Positions 1 through 12,834 of a stretch of 64,000 nucleotides of DNA are shown one piece after another. Numbering within the stretch: the stretch's first letter is position 1; each line of letters begins with the position of its first letter. Origin of the DNA: Eledone cirrhosa (Eukaryota); contig OZ024745.1 in NCBI GenBank assembly GCA_964016885.1, positions 50,096,001 to 50,160,000 of the forward strand. Direction: 5' to 3'. Made by a program: the position numbers and the translations under genes. The notes beneath the pieces were generated by a model that saw only the letters and a program-made list of their open reading frames with translations, searched no databases and was not told the DNA's origin.

Positions 1-18
1 ATGACCCTCCCAAAGTAT

Positions 19-24
<6 letters not shown>
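1..24 (+). mobile_element. 3' terminus of a Penelope-like element running into (TA)n
   Basis: ATGACCCTCCCAAAGTATAACAA matches the Penelope 3' ends at ~55757, ~57652 and (reverse) ~58261, all followed by (TA)n. Confidence 0.7.
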
Positions 25-87
<63 letters not shown>

Positions 88-520
88 CAATTTAAACGTC
101 TGTCAAGCGCTAGTAAGCCATGACAGACTGGGGGAATTATCGAGTACTCTTTACAGTTGGTAATCAAAAGGAACTAGTGAGGCAAGGAATAAAAAAAGTT
201 AATTAATAAAGGGGAATAAAGAGAAAATCAAATAATAATAAAAATTTCAAATATTGAAGGCGAAAGGGAGGCAGATTATGCATAAGAAAACGAAAATAGG
301 AAAGAAGGGAAGCTGTAAAACAGCTATACATATATACAGTCAAATTCCGTTATAAAGAAATTCACGGGGTATAAAAACAAATTCGTTGTAATGAGAAAAA
401 TTCTTTGTTATAAGATCGACCGAAACAAATCGAACGTTTTAAAAATTCCTCGTATTTAAAAATTAAACAATAAATGAATGAAAACATAACTGCAATATGA
501 TTGTATCATACAATATAATA

Positions 521-862
521 CAGTGTCCCCCTAGTATTCGCGGTCCCGGTTATTCGTGGAATTTTCCTTAGAACCTAACTAATAATTGTTCGTAGAAACC
601 ACCGCATATTCCGTAAATATCTTCCGTGACTTTTAATGTTTTTTTTATTTCGTGGCAAAATATATTTTTTCACTCTTTTTAACGCTAAATTATTAAATTT
701 AACGCTAAATTATTAATAACAATATACCGTATTTGCTGGCCTATATTTTACATTATATTTTGACGTTTATAGGCAATTTTTTTACCACGTCCATATTCGC
801 TGTTTTTCACTTTTCACGGCTGCTCCAGGAAAGTAGCCCTCGCGAATCCCAGGGAACAACTG
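521..862. mobile_element. Tc1/mariner (Tigger-type) MITE
   Basis: Imperfect 22-bp TIRs (CAGTGTCCCCCTAGTATTCGCG / CGCGAATCCCAGGGAACAACTG), TA on both sides; interior similar to 60045-60355. Confidence 0.7.
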
Positions 863-988
863 TATTTCAAATATGTTGAAATACGTTTCCTTCGTTTGTT
901 TTTTGTCATATAAACTTGTGTAAAAAACCCTCAAAAACTTTAAATCATTTTTTAGTTATGTATTTTGTTATAATAATTATATATACAA

Positions 989-1930
989 TTAGCAGAGGCA
1001 CTCGGCGTTGCCTGGATATGAAATTGTTCCTTATATATTAGAAGAAAAAGGCAAAATATGTTGTATAGAAATTTGTTATTCTAAATTTAATTTATTCTTC
1101 ATTTGAGATACATGATGAAATCAATTCTGAATTCATAATACAATTTATTAAAAATAATAGTAATAAACGAAAATACAACATTTACCACTTTTATGAAGGA
1201 AGATAAATTCTATTACATATGTTGAAGGAAATTACCTAAGAGCTTCTGGGTAAACAACATTCTTTCTTTCTGGTTTGGGGCATAGACAAATAAGTCTTGT
1301 AAACTACCCACATAAAGTTGACCATGAGAGCAACCAACATAAAGTTGACCATGAGAAAAGCAAGGCTCAATTAAGTGCAAGCCAGTAGATTTCAAAGTCT
1401 GACCTTGAGCTTTATTAATAGACATTGCGAAGCAAAGTCACACTGGGAATTGTGTTCGTTTGAACTCAAATGGCATGTCTGTTGGTTTGATTGGAATTCT
1501 TGGAATAAAAACCTCTTACCCAGGAGCACATCCAGTGATGATGGTAGCTTCTATCACACTAGGTGATAATGTCTTCACAATCAACCTTGTCCCATTGAAT
1601 AATTTAGGAGGATCTAAATTTCTTAGGAGCATTATTAGGACTTCTTCGTTTTTCTCTTTCCCTTTTGACTCTTGGCTCCTGCGGATTGCATCTTGTTGAC
1701 GTAATTGTTCTAACGGTTTTCCCCTTGTCTCTTATGAGTCATTAGCCCTGCGTGCAGCAGTTCTCCTCCGGTCGTTTTCATGTCTTTGCTGTTGTTGTGC
1801 AGGGGTCTTTAGTGACCTTGCTCTAGCCACCTGTACTCGTCTTTGCTTCATTGTAGAATAGTGATCATCTACATCTACCCCGTCTCCTCTTGTAGAGAGT
1901 GAGAACATTTTTCTCGGAAACGTTTTTGAA
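989..1930 (-). mobile_element. Internally deleted Helitron with PIF1-like helicase C-terminus
   Basis: Minus strand encodes LLRNLDPPKLFNGTRL...PRIPIKP...FPVTLCFAMSINKAQGQ...FSHGQLYVG; ends CCAGGCAACGCCGAGTGCCTCTGCTAA (subterminal hairpin + CTRR) at 989. Confidence 0.85.
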
Positions 1931-1989
1931 AATTAAAATGGGGATTAAATGAAAAAATGAGTCAACTCGTTTTCGAGTACGGCCACTAC

Positions 1990-2410
1990 TTTATATCCAT
2001 GTAGGAGAACCCCTACCAATGTTGAACGAGTATGACCTTTTAGTCCAGCCAGCAACTTGAAAAATCTGGTACAAACACTACACTTGCGACAATTACTGAC
2101 ACATAGTGCTGGGCCCATGGTAACATGTGATGACAAGTGCAGAGAGATCTCCAGATATAAAGCAATCAGGGTTGCAGGTGTTATATCAGAGTTTTCCTTC
2201 TCCTAGAATTCTGCCTTGACAAAGGCTAAGGGGTAATCTCTCCCGGTGATTTTGGATGGCCATTGACTCTTAAGAGCGCCTTTGCCCTTTGACATACATA
2301 CAAACATACATACATACATATATACATATATACATACATACATACATACATACAAAACATATATACATATATACATACATACATACATACATACATACAT
2401 ACATACATAC
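1990..2410 (-). repeat. Copy of SINE-like/RTE-related repeat next to an (ATAC)n tract
   Basis: TTTTCCTTCTCCTAGA...GACAAAGGCTA...TTTTGGATGGCCATTGACTCT shared with units at 37555-38960. Confidence 0.5.
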
Positions 2411-2569
2411 ATACATGTACGCTTTCTTTTTTTCTTTGACACCCACCCCCAACCGCATTGTAATTTTATAATTATTACTATTTTAAAGGTATTTGTTTCA
2501 GCTCTTTACTTTCTGAGTTCAAATTCCGGCAAAGTCAACTTTGCCTTTCATCCCGATGGTTTAGGGTAG

Positions 2570-3110
2570 GCATCCGCTTCCTAATAAAATGGACCTCAGC
2601 TAATCTTAGGTTGACCGTATCTCTTTGGGTTATTCTTCTTCCACATATTTATTTATGCTGAAACATTGCGCTCGGAGGCATCGCTTTTTCAAAATATTCG
2701 TGTATTCTGTTATACAGTTGGATATTTGTGGAAGCGATGTAGTTGGTTCCGCACATGCAATTCAACTCACACAATACATGATCTCTTAGGAATATTGGTT
2801 TTGTATTGCTGCTGTTGCCAGTTCCTGTGGTAGTGTTTTCCCTGACAATGCATCTTCGAAGGCGGCCAGCGTCTTCTTCGATGCCCCACGTGAGGTGTTA
2901 TCTCAACGTCCTTCCAAGCCTTGTTACTCGCACTGGGAGACCTGCTCTTCTGATACAGTTTGTAAGACGTTTTTCTGCCTGTTTTCCTTGGAATGGCACA
3001 TAAATGTAGACCGGTTTTATCTTTGTTTGTTCCCTCATTTCTTTCTTTCCTTTCTTGTTGGTGTTGTGTCTTTCTTCGTTATGTAGGTCTGCATTATTGT
3101 TAGGAAACTA
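2570..3110 (-). pseudogene. Degenerate Penelope-like RT C-terminus/GIY-YIG fragment
   Basis: Manual translation gives KPVYIYVPFQG...HVLCELNCMCGTNYIASTNIQLYNRIHEY...LRLAEVHFI with stops. Confidence 0.5.
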
Positions 3111-4109
3111 TAATAGATATATGAAAAGTCTCACGTTGTTTAATTTATAATTACACTATTTTCTTTTTAGCAAACACTACTTTAGTTGATACTAGTTAAA
3201 TGTAGGGAGCTCTTTATACATATGAAATCTGTTTTACTCCGTCACGTCTACATTTTGATCTACAAATATCCCAGAAAAATTGTCTAATCTTGTGAACATT
3301 GCATGTAATCTATGTACTAAGCTGCAATTAATCACTATTAAAATAACAATGTACACTTAGAAAAAACCTTGCTACAAAAAGTTAATCTATCAAGATCAGT
3401 ACCTTGTTTCATTTCAACAGTAGTGATTACTTGATGAAATCTTTCATCACGTCCGTCATTGATTTTGTCCAAATCCGAAGTTCATCATGTGTGTCGAAAA
3501 CTCCAACAAATTTCTTCTCTTGGTGCCTGTATGTCGTTGTTTTGGTACCTTGGACTAATACACCAAATTCTCTGAACATTGTTCCAGCCAGGTTTAGTAT
3601 CATTCTTAGAAGGCCATAACTTTCAAACAAAATGATCTAGCTGTTCTTGACTTAATGAGGGCATGAATGAGGAATTTTAAAATCCTTGTCATCCATTACA
3701 ACACTCTCGTTGAAAGTGTTCTAAAATAGACATGATATAATATGTGTTATATCTACTTTTACAGCTCTCTATTTAAAGGTTGTCACAAAACGAACAATCA
3801 AAGGTATTCTTGAAAAACAAATAGGAACACTTGAGGTACTGTATGCTACATTGCATTTCTGTAAATTTAGTATAAAAAGGGTCACCACTATGGTACTCAG
3901 CTCCCTTCGTGACAGTATTTTAGCTAGGAATCATAAAGGTTTCTTTTTTCTGTGTGTATATTAAATTACTGTTTCTGGGAAAACTATGCATGTTAGAGGT
4001 ATATTAGCGTTCTCTTACCATGATACCAATGAATTCTGGCATGCTCCACAAATCTATCTCGCAGTGTGCACGCACTCGTCCTGTGTACATGCGCTGCCGA
4101 TTTGTGTGT

Positions 4110-4720
4110 GGGTTTAAGTGGATCAAATACTGTCATGTGTTTGATGATTCAGGATGTCAGCTGAATTCATTGTGAAAATCACCTCGCCACCTTCCTTTTC
4201 GTGGAGAAGAACAGGAATGTTTCATCTACCTGGTGGCCATAGCAAAAAAAGTTGTGTTGTGGGCGCGGTTGAAAGGGTTGAAGACAGGCACTTTCCTCTT
4301 TAGTCAATCCCTTATTCCCTTTTTTCAAGTTTTAATTGAAGAGGAAAATGGGGATGGAGTGGGAAGTACTGCCTTCCAAACAGCTCGAATGATGGGCGAA
4401 AGTAGTGAGCATGGTCTGAGTGAAGGAGACTGCTCTGAATATACGCCTGTAGATTGGAGGAGGACATCTGGTTGGGGTAATTTACCCTAGTAATCGGGGT
4501 GGCCGTAGATTTTCGTGGGGTTTTCCTACGAGCAACACATCGAAGTCTCCCCCTTATTGGGGAATTTACTTTGTTTTAATTTTACATGTTGATCTTGTCA
4601 TGTGTTTACACGAAAAGTACACACTGTATCGTCCTGTGCCGTTCTTAATATTTTCTTCATGTGAACCCTTTGACTGAACTTGATCTTTGCTCTTTGAACT
4701 CTGCTGCTGGTGATCGAACT
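4110..4720 (+). mobile_element. Degenerate Tx1/L1-clade LINE 3' fragment
   Basis: VAIAKKVVLWARLKGLKTGTFLF resembles MAKEVVWWTRLKGLRSDTFLS of the better-preserved copies. Confidence 0.7.
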
Positions 4721-4769
4721 TTGTGGAGAGAGATATCACATGTTGATGCGCAGTCTGCAACTGGCTGAG

Positions 4770-6020
4770 TTTAGCGTCACAGGAGGAGGTGCGGTCGCTT
4801 TTCGCCAGACATATGTTTTCCCCATTTGTCTTGTTGGTGGAGCTTCAGTCCTGGGTCAAACAAAAACAGAAAGGAATCGCTAAGCAACTTGAATGTCGTC
4901 AAGCGCTCACAGCCCTCAACCTGTCGAACACGACAGTTGGTGGAAAATCTATTTTGGCCTTTGAGAGGATTCGTAGCAGGGAAAGCGATGACGTTCTTGT
5001 GGAAACTCTGGGCGTCAAAGATGACCAACTAACTGCTCTCATTCGAAGATATGTCAGTCAGGGTCCGATGGATAACTTTCATAAGACCCTGAGATGGCAG
5101 TGATACCAGGGTAGGGAGAGCAATCCTAGTTCGAGATAAGCTCTACAAGCATGGAATTGTTGTCAGCCGGGCCTGTTCGAGATGCTTGACGGGCAATGAA
5201 ACAGTCTTACACACATAAGCCTCGTGTCATAACATTGCTGAATTGTGGAGTTTTGTCGAACAGCTGTTGTTGCGTGCAGGACTGATCTGGTTAAAGCCTG
5301 AATCCATCGTGAGGATAGCTCCACCAATCTCCTTTAGACGGAAAGGGTAGGCAGTTTTCCTCTGCCTGGTGGAGATGGCAAAAAAGGCACTGTGGAGGTG
5401 GCGGTTGAAAGGGTCGAGGACGAACACTTTCCTCTTCAGCGAAGCCCTAATAAACTATTTTGCCATTTGAAAATCATAGTGGAAAAAGAAGTACTACCTT
5501 CCAGCCGGTTTGTTTAAAAGTGGATGACGGTTGTAAGCATGGTCTGGGGCCACCGCCCCTCTCACGGCCACGTAATACCCTCAGCGCCCCACCCCTATTT
5601 CCAGAGAGACCTGCCTACACACAAATTGTAAATAATAGCGTTAATTTATAGATAATATAATATATACTATGTATAAATAAATATTATATATTTTTTATTA
5701 TACTATATTTATATATAATATGTATCATTTGATATTTAATATACTATTATATCATCTCTACCGCAACGCCCCACCACCCCTTTAGACCCCAGCGCCCACT
5801 TTGTGAACCTCTGGTCTAACTGAATGGGTCTGCTCTGAGTATACGCTAGTAGATTGGAGGGGTCACTTGCTCTGGCGGTCTGGGAAATTTTTAAAATTAT
5901 AATTTTACGCTTTTGTATGTTATATTATTGCGCGAAAAAAAACCTACACTGTACCGTGCTGTGCCGTCATTAATGATTTCTTGATGTGAATCAATTGTGG
6001 TTAATAAAGAAATTATTATA
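4770..6020 (+). mobile_element. Degenerate Tx1/L1-clade LINE 3' fragment, interrupted at ~5548-5813 by a hAT-MITE-like insert
   Basis: ELQSWVKQ...DDVLVETLGVKDD...GPMDNF matches the other copies; ends GGTTAATAAAGAAATT like their 3' ends; insert ends CCCACTTTGTGAACCTCTG (Charlie-like TIR). Confidence 0.65.
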
Positions 6021-7008
6021 GTAACTCTATAAAGAAAGTGCATGTTAATTCATAGCGTGTGGAAGTGATGCAGTGTTGAAGTGTTGCTCTATTAAATGCA
6101 ACAATATCATCATTATGTGTCAAAGAAAATTACATGTGTTGCCTGTTGGACTAGCACTACATACGACATTTACGAAAATAATTTGTCACTGTCTACCTTA
6201 ATTGGATCTGTTTCTTCTGTTTTGCTTCTTTGATTCGTCAAAGTGACATTATTGAAGAAAAAAAAAATTTTTTTTTAAAAATAAGTTTTATAATGTATAT
6301 AAATTATATAAAATATAACCGGCTTCTATGTATCAGTGTAAACCATCTTATCAAATGTTGAATATTACAATTAAAAAGAATTAAAAAGAATTAAAAAGAA
6401 TTAAAAAGAATTAGAAATTAAAAATGTTAAATTAAGTGTTGAAGAGGTCTGTTCATCTTTCTTCATGCGAAGACTGGGTCTAAAATGGAACCTTATATAT
6501 ATAGAGAGAGAGGTAGTCATAGTAGTAGTAGAAGTAGTGGTGGTTTCACAGAACAAAATTATATTTAGGAAGTCTCAATTGTGTTAAAGGATTGGTCAAG
6601 AGTTCAGATGGGGCGGGAAGGGGGAATGTAAGCTAGAGACAATTGCTATAGAGGAGGCAGGTAAATGAGAGAGGCAAATGGAATTGTCAAAAGAAATTCT
6701 ATTTTAGGAATATGGTTTTTGGGAGTATGAGTGTGTATGTGTTAGTGTGTATATAAACGCACACACACACATATATATATATATATATGTGCGTGTGTGT
6801 GTGTGTGTGTGTTATTGAAAGTGTGATGGGATCAAAATATTTTGGGGCACACATATGTATACATATATTTGTTTGTTTTTGTAGTGTGGTGTGTGGGTGT
6901 GTGTGTGCTTTAGTTTGTCACAAGTCTTTTTGCGGTGCGAAATAAAAAAAAAACAGATACGACAGGGCCGTATCGTTTTGCTAAGCGCTACATCTCGCTA
7001 TTTGCTTG

Positions 7009-7078
7009 AGCAGGTCTAAGGCTTAGACCTGCTTAGAAAGAGAAACATCGCTTAGACTCTAAGCGATGTTTCTCTTTC
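7009..7078. repeat. Two adjacent perfect palindromes (12-bp and 21-bp arms, 1-nt spacers)
   Basis: AGCAGGTCTAAG-G-CTTAGACCTGCT (7009-7033) and GAAAGAGAAACATCGCTTAGA-C-TCTAAGCGATGTTTCTCTTTC (7036-7078). Confidence 0.9.
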
Positions 7079-7357
7079 GAGGAATCAGAGTCGTCGAATG
7101 ATGGAAAGAAGAACTTATCTTGCTTTCACCTCGAGTTGACCAGCCAATTCAGACCACTGACGCCAACCCAGATAAAATAATTAAATATAGATCTGGGAAG
7201 ACAGGTGTAAACATTGAACATATATAAGCAAATAAAAACAGTACTCACTAAACAAAGAGTTACATTGAATATTCAAGTGTCTTTTGTGGTTATGAAAATG
7301 GAAAAGGAAGGGAAAGACAAGGGCTCTAGTGTCACAGAAGAATCGTGGGCTCTAGGT

Positions 7358-7890
7358 CTAGAGCGCTGTGGTCTTGGTGCTGCACCCCGCGGACAAGACC
7401 GCAAAAGCATTCCTGTGGACAATGGCCAATGACACCCGCTGCTTCAGCCATTTCACCCCGCGGGGCTCCTTTCTCAGGCAGGCTGCTGACGTTCCTATTT
7501 TGCGGAGGAGCTCGGCAATATGGGGTCCAAGTACGCCTGAGGTCTCGACGGTGACCGGTACGAAGAGGAAGCGGTCGGACAAACCCTGGTATTTGTTTAT
7601 CTTCCTTTCCTCTGCATTCCGGGCCGCAGTACCGAGGTTTGTGGCCAAAGCGACTAAGCTGGAGGCGGAAAACATAACACAACATGTGCCGTCCCAGATG
7701 AGGGATCTACCTCCTTCGAATGGGAAGAAGGTAATTCCATCGGGGTGCTTTCCGTCTCCGCGGTCAAGGCCTGTTGGCTCCAGTTGTGATGGAAAGCCAG
7801 CTGCGTCCAGGCTCCTCCTCAATATATCGTTGAGAGCGAAGAAATGGCAGCTAGATGCCATTCGGAGGTCAGTGTGTGAAGAAATTTCGC
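7358..7890 (-). mobile_element. 5'-truncated CRE-like non-LTR retrotransposon, C-terminal restriction-like endonuclease domain
   Basis: H..LNDILRRSL...EPTGLDRGDGKHPDG.....F..GRSLIWDGTC...AEERKINKY......FVPVTVETSGVLGP (PD-(D/E)xK RLE pattern). Confidence 0.8.
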
Positions 7891-7891
7891 T

Positions 7892-7922
<31 letters not shown>

Positions 7923-7958
7923 GGTGTATGTATATATAGAGAGAGATAACGTTTGTAA

Positions 7959-8140
7959 AATAATTGTTTCTACTTTTGGCACAAGGCCAGCAATTATCCC
8001 AGTGTATTACTGGTACTTTATTTTATCGACCCCATAAGGATGAAAGGCAAAGTTAACCTCGGCTGGATTTGAACTCAGACCATAGAGGGCTGTAACCCTA
8101 TGCTACAAGGCATGGTGTCTGACCCCCTATCGATACTGCC
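7959..8140 (-). mobile_element. tRNA-derived SINE
   Basis: Minus strand GAGTTCAAATCC (B-box-like)...AACTTTGCCTTTCATCC...GGGGTCGATAAAATAAAGTACCAGT; same family at 41248-41426, 45712-45920 and fragment ~2505-2560. Confidence 0.8.
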
Positions 8141-8295
8141 AATCCACCATGCAAGCAGGTGTGGGTACGTATGTTTATAGAAGAGTGCGATGTGGTGTGT
8201 ATATGCATGTATATATACGGGGATGTTGCTATATAGAAAAAGATAACGTTTAGACAGATAATGGAGCAATATGTAAGTGTGAATATGTAAGTATA

Positions 8296-8335
<40 letters not shown>

Positions 8336-8338
<3 letters not shown>

Positions 8339-9958
8339 TGAGTCCTCGATATACGGTATATATGCGTTCCTGAAACCCTTACCGTATATCGAATTACCGT
8401 ATAAAGAACCCATTATAACATGAAATAGATAGGGATGCGTTCCAGCACATCGAAAAAGTCATCCCTACAGAAAAGAAATAATGTTTTTTTTTATTTACTG
8501 TCCTTACACATGCCGCGTAGTTCCATCAGATGATGTGCCTCTTCATTTGTCCCTCCCGAGGCTAAGGGACAGTATGGGTTTCAGCCCTTACTCATCTTGG
8601 GCTGAGGATGAGGGCGATGTGGGAGGCTCAAAATCAACAAACTCGTTGACTGCAGTGGATGTTGAAGGGCCAGCTGTAGCACGGTTGGCAGGTGTGACTG
8701 GCTTGAAGAAAGAGTAGATGCAGGACTGTTTGGCGGTATTTCTTTTGGCTGCATACATTTCTTGGTCAATCTTGATGCTTTTCTCAACGTCTTGAGCCAC
8801 TTTGCTGCTCCTAGCAGGGTTGGGGTCACGCTCCTTCAGGGTTTCTAAGATTGTTTCGATACTCCCGAGACATTCTCTTTTATGTCCAAGCCACGCACAG
8901 GTTCTTCTTCCTCCTCTTCTTCTTTTTCTGTCTCCTGTTTTGCCTTGTCTAGTTCTATGAGTTCATCATTGGAGAGTGGTTCAGCGTGGCTTTCCAAAAG
9001 GTCTTGCACATCATCATCATTAACACCATCGAAGCCAGCTCTCTGGCAGAGATTTACAATATCTTTTTTTATCGTATCAATGTCCTCAGCAAAGCCTTGG
9101 AAGTCATTCACACATGCTGGCCATAATTTCTTCCAGGCCAAGTTCATGGTAGACTGCTTCATTTCTTCCCAAGATGCCTTGATGTTGTCTAAGCCGTGCT
9201 TGATGTTGTACAATTTCCACCATTCCCTGATCGTGGGCTTGTCAGGCCCATCTGTGCCCTTTATCAGCTGCTGCATGGTTCTACGCTGGTAGTATGCCTT
9301 AAATGTTTTGATGACTGTTTGATCCATCGGTTGAATGAGAGCTGTGGTATTTCAGGGGAGAAACAAAACCTCAATATTTTCTGACCAGTCTTCCATTGCC
9401 CGTGGGTGGCTGGGGGCGTTGTCCACTAATAGCAGAAAACGGTTGGCAATGTTGTTAGCTAATGCATATTCCTTAAGGGTTGGTGACAGATATGAGGTGA
9501 AAAAATCCTGGTGAATTGAAGTGATCAGCCGTGCCTTCTTATTAGACTTCCATATCACTGGTAGGTATTGCTTAAGTAACCCCTTGAGTGCTCTTGGAGT
9601 TTCAGAATGGTAGATAATGAGTGGTTTTAGCTTTAAATCTCCTTCTGCATTCCCTCCAAGTAACAGAGTAACGCGGTCCTTTGAGGCTTTGAACCCCTTC
9701 GCACTTTTCTCCTCCTTGTCAATATAATTATTACTGGTCATTTCTTTTTCAATAAAGTCCTGTTTCATCGTAATTAATAACCTGTTCTTTGCTGTACCCC
9801 TTCTCTGCAAGGCATTTCTCTAACTCTGCCTTGAATTTTTCAGCACTCTCTTTGTCGGAACTGGCAGCCTCACCTGTAACTTTTATGTTGTAAATACTCG
9901 AACGTCGTTTGAACTTATCAAACCAGCTTGCCTTGAATACAAAGTCCTCCACCCCCAT
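8336..9958 (-). mobile_element. Tigger/pogo DNA transposon, frameshifted DDE_1 transposase, 5' part lost
   Basis: ORF pieces FKASWFDKFKRR, INYDETGLY, GFKASKDRVTLLLGGNAEG, LLLVDNAPSHP, QPMDQTVIKTFKAYY; TIR TA|CAGTGAGTCCTCGATATACG at 8336. Confidence 0.9.
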
Positions 9959-9959
9959 A

Positions 9960-10600
9960 TCTCTCTAACACTAAACACAATAATAGGAAAAGAAAAATTA
10001 TTTGGTTTACACCCCCCCTCTCTCTAACTGTTAAAACTAATGTAGGAAGAACATTCCTCGACCTCCTAGACAAACATTCCCCCCCCCCCCCTAATCATAG
10101 ATATAATAAGATATTTAATAGAAATGTAGTCATAATCAGTTACTCTTGCTGCCCATCAATGAAGACTAAAACTACCAACTCTAATCGTATGAGAGTGAAT
10201 CCAGGATGTAGTTGCAGGAAGCCGGAAGAATGCCCATTACAGGGTAAATGTAATACCAAATCTATTGTGTATGAGGCCAAATTGACACCGATGATTAATA
10301 ACCAGCCAGCCAGGAGTGAACGATATGTTGGCATGACTCAGGACAGATTCAAAACCAGATATTATGAACATGTCGCTGTTTTTAAACACTCTGATAAAAG
10401 AACTGCAACAGCGCTGACAAATAAAGTGTGGGAATTTAAAGACAAAAACATTCCGTATACTATTGATTGGTCTATTTTAGACTATTCAAGCGAATACCAA
10501 AGAGGCACAAAGAAATGTTCTTTGTCCACCACGGAAAAATATAGAATTCTCCAAAACTTGAAAATTAAGAAAATAAATACAAACCGGAATTATGGTAACT
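9960..10600 (+). mobile_element. Penelope-like fragment with GIY-YIG endonuclease
   Basis: CSCRKPEECPLQGKC..KSIVYEAK...YVGMT...FKTRYYEH...IDWSIL...CSL..EK..I. Confidence 0.85.
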
Positions 10601-10605
10601 ACCAG

Positions 10606-10671
10606 TCACCCAGAAAACTTGTTTCGCAAAGTTAATTGTGAATATACTAATCCAAGCTCATCAGTGGGTGA
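10606..10671 (-). ncRNA. Type I hammerhead ribozyme motif (stem III imperfect)
   Basis: TCACCCA-CTGATGA-GC...GC-GAAA-CAAGTTT-TC-TGGGTGA; 7-bp stem I. Confidence 0.7.
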
Positions 10672-10828
10672 TGAATTAGTATCCTAGACACATCTATGTA
10701 TGCTATATATAAAATATAAAACAGCGCACATGGCATCCTAGCGAGTCTCACAAACCCACACCACTAAAAATAGCAGCCAGGTTTACTCGACATTTTGAGA
10801 TCCTAACTCGATATATACCTTTTATATA

Positions 10829-12106
10829 TCTATATATATAAAACAGAGGATGTCTGTGTGTCTGTTTCCCTAAAACTCGAAAAGTACCCAACGGTTGTTT
10901 TTCAAACTTTACACATGTAATAAATATGACCCCGGAAGTGTTTTGAGCAAAAAAAAATTTCAAAGTATTCTGCCCTAGGGATCGAATTAATGAAGTGACC
11001 AATGTCTCTACATAATGAGGGAGTGAGAGGGGAGAGAAAGAAACGGTGAGGCGAAGTGACGAAGTGGCTTTTTTCTCCTCTTCCTCCTTCTCCCATTCGT
11101 CACAGCGTTTTTCGATAGAATGTAAGTTACAAAGAGAGAGAGAGAGTGAGAGTGAAAGAAAGAGACAGACTACAAGAGGGGGATAGCGGGAGGGAGAGAG
11201 AGAGTGAAAGACGCTGTCTTTTGATACTGTCAAAGATACATGACGTTTAACTATTAACATGTGTGCGTGTGTGTGCGTGTGTGTGTGTGAGTGTTCCAAT
11301 AAGAGTAAAATCTATTAACATGTGAGTGTGTGTATGTGCACATATGCGTGTGTGAGTTTGCCATATGTATATGTGTCTGTATCTGTATACACGTGTATAT
11401 ATATATATATATATATTATTATTATTATTATTATATATATTTATATACATGTGTATATGTCGTCTGCTTCCCTTTGAGTTAGCGATCTCTTTCTCTTTCT
11501 CTTAGTCTTTCTCTTTTTAGATAGATACATAGATATGACGTCGCGCCTTCATAATATCTGTCTGTATGCCTGTCTGTCTGCATTACGTCATTATGACGCG
11601 ATCAGTGTGTGTGTGTATATATATTCTTATGCGAGGGAACGTCTTCACGAACCAAAGTATCGTCTTCCTGTTTTCCAGATTGATTTTTTTAGTTTAAAAA
11701 GATCCCGTTAAGGTTGAAAGCAGCGATTCTTTGCTTAAACATTAATATATTATTTTAATATAGATATTCGTGTACAGATATTTTTGCATACACAAAAACA
11801 AAATATAAACAAACAAGGCCAAACAAAGATTACATCAATTAGTCTTAGTGTATGTACTTCATACTGCTTTTAGGTAGAATATCCCGTTAAGGGTGAAAGC
11901 AGTGATTCTTTGCTTAAACTTTAGTCTGTTATTTTAATATATATATATATATATATAATTATATATTTATGGACAGATATTTTTGCATACACAATAACAA
12001 AATATAAACAAACGTATTTATTTCACGAGGTTCGATAAGGATAAATATATATCAAATATATAAGAACCCTATAGCAAATCCCGAGCAACGCCGGGCCATT
12101 CTGCTA

Positions 12107-12107
<1 letters not shown>
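10829..12107 (+). mobile_element. Non-autonomous Helitron, both termini intact
   Basis: Starts TCTATATATATAAAA, ends CCCGAGCAACGCCGGG hairpin + CTAG, inserted between A and T; internal ~180-bp tandem duplication (11702-12012) and microsatellites. Confidence 0.85.
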
Positions 12108-12168
<61 letters not shown>

Positions 12169-12479
12169 TTATACGTGTGTATGAGTGTGTGTGTTTATAC
12201 GTGTGTATGAGTATTTATGCATATATATATATGTGTGTATGTATGTGTATATTTATGTATATATATTTGTATATACACATCCCGAGTAAATGTTTCTTTT
12301 TTAAGTTGTCGTTATCCCACCCCCTTCCTCCACACCCTCACACTTATCGGTGTCAAGAAACCACTGGTAAATGAAATAATTATCTTATGTTGTTTATTAC
12401 ATAACTAATAAGCTCTGTAGCCTATATAGAGCACTATTTTTCCTGTACGTTTCCGACGGAATTACTTCATTCATACACA

Positions 12480-12539
<60 letters not shown>

Positions 12540-12561
12540 TGTATATATATATATATATATA

Positions 12562-12672
12562 CGATATTAAATAAATGGAAACTATATTTATAAAACCATA
12601 TTTATTTCATTATATATATTTCAGGGATATCATATTAAAAATATGTTATGCCTTCTTCAGACAAAATACAAT
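12562..12672 (-). mobile_element. Short Penelope-type terminal repeat with hammerhead-like motif, embedded in (TA)n
   Basis: CTGAAGA-14-bp stem with 2 mismatches-GAAA at ~12610-12664; matches 18347-18460. Confidence 0.65.
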
Positions 12673-12688
12673 ATATATATATATATAA

Positions 12689-12830
<142 letters not shown>

Positions 12831-12834
12831 CTAT

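Noticed and set aside
3403-3720. Exon-like segment with splice-like ends on the minus strand
   Set aside because: No frame open throughout and no recognisable protein
6370-6416. (ATTAAAAAGA)x4-5 repeat
   Set aside because: Simple minisatellite without spacers; no CRISPR-like or prokaryotic features anywhere in the window
12443-12480. Minus-strand CTG...GAAA-CG-TA-CAG hammerhead-like string
   Set aside because: Core reads TGTATGA and stem II does not pair well
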